From Thermodesulfobacteriota bacterium (GTDB lineage: Bacteria; Desulfobacterota; Desulfarculia; JACQYL01): 64,000 nucleotides of DNA. This document shows, one piece after another, positions 10,036 to 18,114 of this stretch. How positions within the stretch are numbered: position 1 is the first letter of the stretch; each line of letters starts with the position of its first letter. A program made the position numbers and the translations under genes. Under the pieces are notes generated by a model. The model was not told the origin of the DNA. It saw only the letters and a list, made by a program, of their open reading frames with translations, and did no database searches. The DNA is taken from positions 288,001 to 352,000 of the forward strand of contig CAXXLZ010000002.1 in the NCBI GenBank assembly GCA_963675595.2, read 5' to 3'.

Positions 10036-11239
10036 AGCCAAACCTTCCCGATTCAGCGTGCGGCAACGTATGGAGCTCACCGCGTGTACCAACTGCCGTT
10101 TGTGCGCGGATGTCTGCCCGGCCGTCAAAGCCTCGGACAAAGGTGAGCTCTCCGCGCTGAACCGCATGAAGGGTTTGCGGAAATTACTGAAGAGCCGGGG
10201 ACCCGGCTTCCTCGCCCGACTATTCGGTTCCAAGACCATGTCCGACGAGGAGCGGCGAGACTTTTCCAACAACGCTTTTAGCTGCACTCTGTGCGGCAAC
10301 TGCCGGGAAGTCTGTCCCGTGGGCATTCACCTCAAAGACCTCTGGCTTTCCCTGAGGGAGGACTTGGTTGATACGGACAATTTCCCCAAGAAAATCAACC
10401 TGATCAAGAAGAATCTCCTGGAAAGCCGCAATGTGTTCGGGGAAGACAACGAAGAACGGGCCGAATGGGTGGAAGACCTGGACGACGCACCGGACGACCT
10501 GTTGGTGCGGGATGAGGCGCAGGTGGTCTATTTCACCGGATGCACGGCGGCCTATTTCCCGGTGGCCCAGAAGATTCCTCTGGCATTTGCGGAAGTCCTT
10601 ACCAAAGCTGACGTGGATTTCTCCCTTATGGGAGAAGACGAATGGTGCTGCGGGTTTCCATTGCTGGGTGCCGGTCTGAGGGACCTTTTCCCCGAATTCG
10701 CCGAACACAACATGGAGGCGGTGCTGGAAAAGGGGGCCCGGGAAGTGGTGTTCGCGTGCCCTTCCTGTTACGAGATGTGGAAAGAGCACTACGACTATGA
10801 ATCACGGGGTATCGTCATTTATCACAGCACCCAATTCCTGTTGCGACTGATCCAATCGGGCGCTTTGAAACTCAAGGAATTGGATATGACCGTGACTTAT
10901 CACGACCCCTGCGACCTGGGCCGAGGGGCCAGGGAGTTCGAGGCACCCCGAGAGGTGATCCGTTCCATACCGGGAATTCGATTCGTGGAATTGCCGGACA
11001 ACCGTGAAAACTGCAATTGTTGCGGCGGCGGAGGCAATCTGGAGATGATCGATGCCGGGCTTTCCGCGGACATCGCCAAGGCCAAGATCGAGGAAGTCCT
11101 GTCCACGGGAGCCGACGCGGTGGTGACATCCTGCCAGCAGTGTGTGCGAACCATGCTGACCTACGCCAAGCGCAACAAGGTTCCCATCGAAGTGCTGGAT
11201 ATTACGCAACTCGTTCAACGGGCCCTGGCCGACTCCTGA
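10019..11239 (+). CDS. HdrD-like Fe-S protein (2x[4Fe-4S] + two CCG domains)
   Basis: CTNCRLCADVCP, CTLCGNCREVCP, WCCG/ACPSC, HDPC/CCGGGG/SCQQC. Confidence 0.88.
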   Translation: MPTRSEAKPSRFSVRQRMELTACTNCRLCADVCPAVKASDKGELSALNRMKGLRKLLKSRGPGFLARLFGSKTMSDEERRDFSNNAFSCTLCGNCREVCPVGIHLKDLWLSLREDLVDTDNFPKKINLIKKNLLESRNVFGEDNEERAEWVEDLDDAPDDLLVRDEAQVVYFTGCTAAYFPVAQKIPLAFAEVLTKADVDFSLMGEDEWCCGFPLLGAGLRDLFPEFAEHNMEAVLEKGAREVVFACPSCYEMWKEHYDYESRGIVIYHSTQFLLRLIQSGALKLKELDMTVTYHDPCDLGRGAREFEAPREVIRSIPGIRFVELPDNRENCNCCGGGGNLEMIDAGLSADIAKAKIEEVLSTGADAVVTSCQQCVRTMLTYAKRNKVPIEVLDITQLVQRALADS

Positions 11240-11266
11240 CCGACCCGCCTCGCTGGAACTCGAATC

Positions 11267-12859
11267 ATGACCACATGGCGTTTATTGGATACGCCGCCCA
11301 TGACGGCGGCCGAAAACATGGCCCTGGACGAGACGCTGGTGGAGCTCAAGGGCCGCGGCCGCACGCCCGATACCATCCGGTTTCTGCGTTTCAAGCCCCG
11401 GTGCGTCCTGGTGGGATACCACCAGGCCGTGCGGGAAGAGATTCGCCTCGAGTACTGCCGCGAACAAGGCATCGACGTGAACCGACGCATCACGGGCGGA
11501 GGCGCCATCTTTTTCGACGAGAACCAACTGGGTTGGGAGGTCTATGCAGACAAATCCTTCTTCAACATCGCCATTCCCAACAACCGCCTTTTCAAGGCCC
11601 TTTGTCGGCCGGTGGTCACCGCCCTGAAACGCCTGGGGCTGCGAGCCGATTTCCGCCCGCGCAACGATATCGAGATTCGAGGACGAAAGATTTCAGGCAC
11701 CGGCGGGACCGAGTCCGAAGAGGCTTTCATGTTCCAGGGAACCATGCTGGTGGATTTCGACGTGGACACCATGCTGCGGGCCCTGCGTATTCCGGTGGAG
11801 AAACTCAAGGCCAAGGAGATCGATTCGGTCAAGGATCGAGTGACCTGCCTCCAATGGGAGTTGGGTTACACGCCTCCTTTGGAGGAGATCAAAGCGGCCA
11901 TCCGATACGGCTTCGAAAGCGGGCTGGGAATCCGGCTGGAACCTGGGGGCCTTACCGATGAGGAAGAAGCGCTGTTCCGACGAAAGCTTCCGGGCTTTCA
12001 GTCTCCTGCGTGGATCGATTCCGTGAAGCCCGAGTTCGGGAGGCGCGAGGCGGTGCAGTCCTCCTACAAAGCCGATGCCGGGATGGTGCGGTACACCCTG
12101 GTCGTCAACCCGAGCCGGCGACGTTTGAAGGACATCTATATCACGGGTGATTTCCTCTGCTTCCCCGGCCGGGCGCTTTACGACCTGGAAGCGGCTCTGC
12201 GAGGCATGCCCCTGGACCGTCGAACGCTTCTCGAAACCATTCGGAGCTTCTTCGACGACGGACGCATCACCATACCCGGCATGCCCTTGGAAGCCTTTGT
12301 CCAGCCTCTGGAGCAGGCACTGGAGAAAATCAAGATCACGCGGTTCGGAATCCCCCTGGAGCACTGCAACCTGATTTCGGTAACCAACGGCTCCTTTGAG
12401 GAAATTCTGCGCATGGAGCCTTCGGTCCTGCTTCTGCCTTACTGCGCCAAGCTTACCGACTGCGACCTGCGGTACGCCAAGGGATGCAGGACCTGCGGGA
12501 GAGAGACCTGCACCATCGGTCCCGCCTGGACCCTGGCAAAAGAGCGCAAGATGAAGGTGATCAGCATCGTCAGCTTCGAGGACCTTTGGGCCGAACTCAC
12601 GCGCATGCGCGAGAAGGGAACCCGTGCCTACATCGGCTGCTGCTGTCAACCCTTCTACGCCAAACACGTGGATGATTTTCAGCGCAGCGGCGTACCGGGC
12701 ATCCTGCTGGATATCGACAACACCACCTGTTACGACCTGGACCAGGCCAAAGAGGCCTACGCCGGCCGATTCGAAAGCCAGACCGTGCTGAACCTGGAAT
12801 TGCTCGAAACCGTGCTGCGCGCCGGTGAGTCTCACTCGGCATGCCTGGAGACACGCTGA
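11267..12859 (+). CDS. lplA: Lipoate-protein ligase (catalytic + small C-terminal domain) with extra Cys-rich DUF116-like domain
   Basis: NMALDE, RRITGGGAIFFD, KISGTG, ITGDF; C-terminal LLPYC..C..CRTC..C..GCCC region. Confidence 0.88.
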   Translation: MTTWRLLDTPPMTAAENMALDETLVELKGRGRTPDTIRFLRFKPRCVLVGYHQAVREEIRLEYCREQGIDVNRRITGGGAIFFDENQLGWEVYADKSFFNIAIPNNRLFKALCRPVVTALKRLGLRADFRPRNDIEIRGRKISGTGGTESEEAFMFQGTMLVDFDVDTMLRALRIPVEKLKAKEIDSVKDRVTCLQWELGYTPPLEEIKAAIRYGFESGLGIRLEPGGLTDEEEALFRRKLPGFQSPAWIDSVKPEFGRREAVQSSYKADAGMVRYTLVVNPSRRRLKDIYITGDFLCFPGRALYDLEAALRGMPLDRRTLLETIRSFFDDGRITIPGMPLEAFVQPLEQALEKIKITRFGIPLEHCNLISVTNGSFEEILRMEPSVLLLPYCAKLTDCDLRYAKGCRTCGRETCTIGPAWTLAKERKMKVISIVSFEDLWAELTRMREKGTRAYIGCCCQPFYAKHVDDFQRSGVPGILLDIDNTTCYDLDQAKEAYAGRFESQTVLNLELLETVLRAGESHSACLETR

Positions 12860-13926
12860 TGAGCGAATCGCGGTTCGATGTTCTGGTAGTGGGCGCGGGG
12901 CCGGCCGGGTCTTCGGCGGCCGCGGCCGCGGCTCGAAAAGGCGCTCGCGTGCTCATGGTGGAGCGCCGGGAAACCATCGGCGTGCCCGTACGATGCGCGG
13001 AATTCATCCCCGCCATGCTGCTGGGCGAATTGGAAATCGACAAAGGTTTTATTGTTCAACCGGTGAAAGGCATGAAGACTCATATCGGAGACCACGCCGA
13101 AAAGACGACCCGCGCGCCCGGGTATATCATTCGAAGGGACCGATTCGATCAGACGCTGGCCGAAAAGGCGCGCACGGACGGCGTCCAAGTGATGACCGGG
13201 ACCCGAGTTTCACACATGGATGCGGACGGCCGAGTTTATCTCACGGCGCGATGCGGGCCCGGTCATGTGGTGGAGCCGCGAATCGTCATCGGAGCCGACG
13301 GTCCGCATTCCACCGTGGGACGCTGGGCGGGCTTGGTGAACCGCGGTCTTCTGCCGGCCGTTCAGGTGACCCTGCCCCTCACCCGACCTCTGGATCATAA
13401 CGAAGTGTATTTCCATCCGACCATCACCGCTGGATACGGCTGGCTTTTTCCCAAGGGTGATTCCGCCAACGTGGGACTGGGCATGCGCACCAACGAACGG
13501 GACGGGGAAAGCATCGGAAAGACCCTGGATCGCTTCGTGACCAAGCTGCGGCGCATGGACAAAGTGTCCGGCGACCCCACTTCCCGGACTGCGGGTTGGA
13601 TACCGGTTGAACCGTTGAGCCGCACCGTTCACGGTCCCATCGCTCTGGTGGGCGACGCCGCCGGACATACCCATGCCGTTACCGGGGCCGGCGTGTTCGC
13701 AGCAGTGGTCTGCGGCCGCATGGCCGGAAAGTGGGCCGGAGAAGCGGCACGAAACAATGACATCGGCCTTCTCGAAAAATACGAGCAGGGATGGCGGGAT
13801 TTTTTAGGCCGGACCCTGTGGCTGGCGAGGGAGCGTCGTCGAAAAATGGAAGCGGAATGGGACCGCTTCGCCGATGTGATACCCAAATGCTGGCCGGTTT
13901 ATCGTGAATACTATGCAAAACATTGA
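12859..13926 (+). CDS. Geranylgeranyl-reductase-family FAD oxidoreductase (LipT-like by context)
   Basis: VVGAGPAG, GADG, YGWLFPKG, VGDAAG; lies between ligase and LipS1; TGATG coupling. Confidence 0.8.
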   Translation: MSESRFDVLVVGAGPAGSSAAAAAARKGARVLMVERRETIGVPVRCAEFIPAMLLGELEIDKGFIVQPVKGMKTHIGDHAEKTTRAPGYIIRRDRFDQTLAEKARTDGVQVMTGTRVSHMDADGRVYLTARCGPGHVVEPRIVIGADGPHSTVGRWAGLVNRGLLPAVQVTLPLTRPLDHNEVYFHPTITAGYGWLFPKGDSANVGLGMRTNERDGESIGKTLDRFVTKLRRMDKVSGDPTSRTAGWIPVEPLSRTVHGPIALVGDAAGHTHAVTGAGVFAAVVCGRMAGKWAGEAARNNDIGLLEKYEQGWRDFLGRTLWLARERRRKMEAEWDRFADVIPKCWPVYREYYAKH

Positions 13927-14860
13927 ATATAAAAGGAAGCCGGACGAAAATTCGGCATGGGAGCGGCCAGGGCAGCACATCACCTTTTTTCTGCCGGGTA
14001 TGTTTCGACTCAACGGGCACACCGGGCGGTATCCGGCCGTTTCCATCACCGGCGGCGACTGCGCTCTGGGATGCGACCACTGCCGGGGAACGATTCTGTC
14101 CAATATGCTGAAGGCCGACGACCCGGATCGACTGCCGGCCGTGTGTAGACGTCTGGCGAATCAGGGGCATGTGGGAGTGCTCATCAGCGGGGGCTGCGGA
14201 CCGGACGGCACCATTCCCTGGTCGGGCTTCTTCGAGGCCATCCGCAAGATCAAATCCTCCACCGGGCTGTTTGTTTCCATCCACAGCGGATTGGTGGACC
14301 TCAAGACCGCCCGAAGCCTCAAGAACGCCGGCGTGGACCAGGCCCTCATCGACGTCATCGGAGATGATGCGACCTTCAGGTCCGTGTACCGGCTGCCTTT
14401 CGGCGTGGACGAGATCGCACGCTCCATGGAAGCTCTGCAAGCGGTCGGCATTCCCATTGTTCCTCACATCGTCTGCGGCATCGACCACGGCCGGATTCAC
14501 GGCGAGTATCAGGCCGTTGAAACGGCGGCCCGATTCAACATCGCCCAATTGGTCGTCGTATCCCTGATGCCCATTCCCGGCACCCCCATGGCCCGTGTAA
14601 AGCCTCCGAGCGCCGAACAAACGGCCGACATCATATCCGAAGCGAGGTCGAGAATGCCGGACATTCCCATCAGCTTGGGATGCGCCAGAAAACGAGGCGA
14701 CCATCGTCTGGAAGAACTGGCCCTGGACGCCGGCGTCACCCGCATGGCCCTTCCTTCGGAAGAGGCCGTACAGCACGCGCGAGACCGCGGGCTTCAGGTG
14801 CGTTTTCAGCCCACCTGCTGCTCCGTGCCTCCAATGCTGTATACCGATGGTTGGCTCTAG
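13913..14860 (+). CDS. lipS1: Radical SAM lipoyl synthase subunit LipS1
   Basis: CALGCDHC radical-SAM motif plus GCAR and C-terminal CC motifs described for LipS1. Confidence 0.8.
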   Translation: MQNIEYKRKPDENSAWERPGQHITFFLPGMFRLNGHTGRYPAVSITGGDCALGCDHCRGTILSNMLKADDPDRLPAVCRRLANQGHVGVLISGGCGPDGTIPWSGFFEAIRKIKSSTGLFVSIHSGLVDLKTARSLKNAGVDQALIDVIGDDATFRSVYRLPFGVDEIARSMEALQAVGIPIVPHIVCGIDHGRIHGEYQAVETAARFNIAQLVVVSLMPIPGTPMARVKPPSAEQTADIISEARSRMPDIPISLGCARKRGDHRLEELALDAGVTRMALPSEEAVQHARDRGLQVRFQPTCCSVPPMLYTDGWL

Positions 14861-15015
14861 CAGGGCGGTGAAAAACGCGATCTGCTGCGTTGCACTTCAT
14901 CCCTCGTCATTGCGGCGTACTCTATGTACGCCTTCATTCCTCGGGATTTGCGCGCCTTGCATATCATCGTTTTTCACCGCCCTGCGGCAACCGGACTTTT
15001 GAAACGGGCTGTTAG
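14857..15015 (+). repeat. MITE-like repeat family A (~160 bp), begins on the lipS1 TAG stop
   Basis: Ends CTAGCAGGGCGGTGAAAAA / TTTTGAAACGGGCTGTTAG; internal GCGTAC-N-GTACGC hairpin; homologous to copies at 32188, 34187, 51290, 54589. Confidence 0.8.
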
Positions 15016-15209
15016 CGATTCTTTGTGTGAGCCGGGGGACGCTTGTGCGGGGTCGCACCGCCTCCAGCGGAGCGACGTGAGGAAGATCAAGGGCGTTGAG
15101 CCGGCTCTTTAGTCTTTTTCCGTCACTTTGAAACGACGGAAAATGCCGCTTTGGAGAGGCGGCTCGTCTCTCGGTGAGCGCCTACGGGCAAACACATGCC
15201 GACACCCAC

Positions 15210-15278
15210 TTAGAAAGTTTGGAAAAGGGGGGTACGGGGGGGAGAACTTTTTTAAAAGTTCTCCCCCCCCGTGAATGC
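15210..15278 (-). repeat. GC-rich hairpin repeat ending in CCCCGTGAATGC
   Basis: GGGGGAGAACTTT-TT-AAAAGTTCTCCCCC hairpin plus shared terminal motif of families B/C. Confidence 0.65.
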
Positions 15279-15332
15279 TTTCAACCTTTTTGGCTTTTCC
15301 CGAGTGAACAACTGAGAAAGGAGCATCGAAGG

Positions 15333-16379
15333 ATGCCGTCCGATATGGAAACCAAAGAAAGCCCCGAATATTTGCGCACGAGTCTGGCAGCCGCCATGAC
15401 GTTGGGATTCAAACCGGGCATTTTCTACCGCGGGGCCAAGCTGTACTGCATCAACCTGCTGCTGACCTACCGCAGCGGATGCGCGGCGCGGTGCGCTTAC
15501 TGCGGGTTGTCTCGCGCCAGGTCCGGAGAATACGGCGACAAGAGTTTCATCCGGGTGAGCTGGCCCGCCTACGCTCTGGAAGAGATCATCGAAAGCATCG
15601 GTCGGCGCATGCAGCGGGTCAAGCGCATCTGCATTTCCATGATCACCAACCGGCGCGCCGTGGCAGACACCCGCGACATTTGCGCCAGACTCCGCTCCGC
15701 TTTCGACATTCCGGTATCGTTGCTCATTTCCCCCACCCTGGTGACGCGCGACGCCCTGATCGACTTCCGGGAGGCCGGAGCGGACAAGATCGGGGTGGCC
15801 TTGGACCTGGCCACCCCTGAACTGTTCTCCAGGTATCGAGGCAAAGGCGTGGGCGGCCCCCACTCCTGGGATCGGTATATGGAATGTCTCGGGGACGCTG
15901 TTGAGCTTTTCGGCCGCCGCAATGCCGGGTCCCACTTCGTGGTGGGCATGGGCGAAACCGAACGGGAAATGGTGGAGAGCATCCAGCGAGTTCAGGACAT
16001 GGGAGGCTGGACGCACCTGTTTTCCTTTTTTCCCGAAGCGGATTCCCCCATGAAGGACCACCCCATGCCGGACATGGATCATTACCGGCGCATCCAATTG
16101 GCCCGTTACCTGCTCGACGAAGGCATCTCCCGCGCCGAGCGTTTCAGGTACGACGAAGACGAACGAATTGAACACTTCGGCGTGCCCTCCCATCGCCTGG
16201 ACGAAGTGATCGACGGCGGTGAACCTTTCCGCACCAGCGGGTGCGAAGGCTATGACGGGCAGGTGGCCTGCAACCGACCTTACGCCAATTCACGCCCGGG
16301 TCCGGATATCCGAAATTTTCCCTTCCCACCCGAGGCTGAAGACATCGCACGCATTCGTGGGCAGATGGGTCTTGGGTAG
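15333..16379 (+). CDS. lipS2: Radical SAM lipoyl synthase subunit LipS2
   Basis: CAARCAYC motif and C-terminal TSGC...CNRP motif described for LipS2; ATG at 15333 after AAGGAG. Confidence 0.8.
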   Translation: MPSDMETKESPEYLRTSLAAAMTLGFKPGIFYRGAKLYCINLLLTYRSGCAARCAYCGLSRARSGEYGDKSFIRVSWPAYALEEIIESIGRRMQRVKRICISMITNRRAVADTRDICARLRSAFDIPVSLLISPTLVTRDALIDFREAGADKIGVALDLATPELFSRYRGKGVGGPHSWDRYMECLGDAVELFGRRNAGSHFVVGMGETEREMVESIQRVQDMGGWTHLFSFFPEADSPMKDHPMPDMDHYRRIQLARYLLDEGISRAERFRYDEDERIEHFGVPSHRLDEVIDGGEPFRTSGCEGYDGQVACNRPYANSRPGPDIRNFPFPPEAEDIARIRGQMGLG

Positions 16380-16389
16380 GTATTTATTT

Positions 16390-16480
16390 GCCGGGGAAAA
16401 CTTTCGAGAGAGTTTTCCCCTGACCCCTTTCAAAGCCTTGAAAGCGGGCCTCACCGCCTTCGCGGAGAGGCTTTCGGCGA
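16390..16480 (+). repeat. Repeat family B (GGGG..ACTTTCGAGAAAGT..CCCC + CCTCACCGCCTTCGGCGGAGAGG)
   Basis: Homologous to copies at 17903, 36421, 39726, 40988, 48491, 49858, 51153. Confidence 0.75.
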
Positions 16481-16683
16481 AAAAAATTCGGGAACGGGAG
16501 AGTAAGGCGGGCAGGTACTGTGGCCCTCCCTTCCGTCTTTTACGTAATCTCTACTCTGCCGCTCCGCCGCAGACGGCGCTGCCATGGTCCAAAGTCTTGC
16601 AGGGGTCAGGGGGGTCCGGGGGGCGCTTTTTCAAAAGCGCCCCCCGGCATCGTTAAACATCCAAACGAAGAAGGAACCGTTCT

Positions 16684-17850
16684 TTGCAGGGAATACTCAT
16701 CCTGGTCGCCTCCGTGGTCATGCAGATGTGCTTGGGGGCCACCTACTCCTGGTCCGTCTATGTTGGTCCGCTCAGGGAGCTGACCGGCATGCTGCAGGGA
16801 CCGACGCAGTTGCCGTTCACGTTCTTCTATTTCGTCTTTCCCGCCGTGATGATCATATCCGGAACGCTCCTTCCTCGGCTGGGCCCCCGATTCTGCTCCG
16901 TACTGGGCGGGCTTCTGTTCGGTTCCGGCTGGATACTGGCGAGTTGGGGTGACGTTCATTTCGCATTCACCGTGCTGGGCATCGGCATTCTGGCCGGAGT
17001 GGGCGTGGGATTCGCCTACATCGTTCCCATCGCCACGTGCATCCGGTGGTTTCCCGAACACAAGGGATTGGTGACCGGCGTGGCCGTGGCCGGCTTCGGA
17101 GGCGGTGCGGCTCTGGTAAGCCAGATCGGCGGCCGGCTCATGCACCTGCACGGAGCCACGCCTTTTGAAACCTTTCGCATTTTCGGCATCGCCTTCGCCC
17201 TGCTGGTCCCTTTGGCGGGCCTGGTCATGAAGAATCCGCAAGTCCAGGCCGGCGGCAAATCTTCAACTTCAAAGGCCCGAGGCATTGTGAATACAGGGCC
17301 CTTCCGTCTGCTGTACTTCGCCATGTTCAGCGGCTTGGCGGCGGGTTTTGCCGTGAATGCCAACCTCAAGGAACTCTTCATGGAAGGAAGCGCGGCCACC
17401 GGCATCCTGGCCGTGTCTCTGTTCGCCGCGGCCAATGCCCTGGGCCGGCTGACCTGGGGTTTCGTGTTCGACCGCCTGCCCTCTGCGACGGCGATTCAGG
17501 CCAACCTTTTCGCCCAGGCGGCCGTTCTCGTCGGCGGGCCGTGGGTGCTCAGATCCGAGACCGGTCTGCTGGTCTTTTCTCTGCTCACGGGATTCAACTA
17601 CGGAGGCGTTTTGGTGGTGTACGCGTCGTCCGCGGCACGCATTTGGGGCAATGAACGGGTGGGGAGCGTTTACGGGCGTCTGTTCTCGTCCAACATTCCC
17701 GCCGCCCTGGCGCCCATCGCAGCCGGGGTTCTGTTCGATTGGACGGGAAGTTTCACCCTGCCTTTGTGGTTCATCGGCGGGATGCTGACCGTCGCGGCGC
17801 TCATGGTGAAGAGGAATTCGGGGCGGTTGACGGAGGAATCGGACGTGTGA
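16684..17850 (+). CDS. MFS transporter, oxalate/formate antiporter (OFA)/monocarboxylate family
   Basis: CLGATYSWSVY, RWFPEHKGLVTG, GFGGG, NALGRLTWGFVFDR; about 12 TM. Confidence 0.88.
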   Translation: MQGILILVASVVMQMCLGATYSWSVYVGPLRELTGMLQGPTQLPFTFFYFVFPAVMIISGTLLPRLGPRFCSVLGGLLFGSGWILASWGDVHFAFTVLGIGILAGVGVGFAYIVPIATCIRWFPEHKGLVTGVAVAGFGGGAALVSQIGGRLMHLHGATPFETFRIFGIAFALLVPLAGLVMKNPQVQAGGKSSTSKARGIVNTGPFRLLYFAMFSGLAAGFAVNANLKELFMEGSAATGILAVSLFAAANALGRLTWGFVFDRLPSATAIQANLFAQAAVLVGGPWVLRSETGLLVFSLLTGFNYGGVLVVYASSAARIWGNERVGSVYGRLFSSNIPAALAPIAAGVLFDWTGSFTLPLWFIGGMLTVAALMVKRNSGRLTEESDV

Positions 17851-17902
17851 AGGGATCGGAAACCCGCACCGGCTCAATGGGTTCGGATCTCCTATGGCAG
17901 CC

Positions 17903-18015
17903 GTTTACGGGGGGGAACTTTTGAAAAAGTTCCCCCCCGCGGCCCCCCTCAAACATCTCAAACGGGCCTCACCGCCTCCTGCGGAGCGCCTGAAGAAAAT
18001 AGGGTTGCTCACTAA
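17903..18015 (+). repeat. Repeat family B copy (between convergent genes)
   Basis: GGGGGGAACTTTT-GA-AAAAGTTCCCCCC hairpin followed by GGCCTCACCGCC. Confidence 0.75.
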
Positions 18016-18114
18016 TTTCCGGCTTTACTTACATCTCCTAAGCTGACCCAAAAGCTCCCTAGTTCGGCTTCGTCGCACGTCGTCGGGATAAAGCCCGCAT
18101 AAGGCGTGCAGACG

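Noticed and set aside
18060-18085. GTGCGACG on the minus strand as a second group II intron 5' end
   Set aside because: No domain V/VI downstream; short chance match
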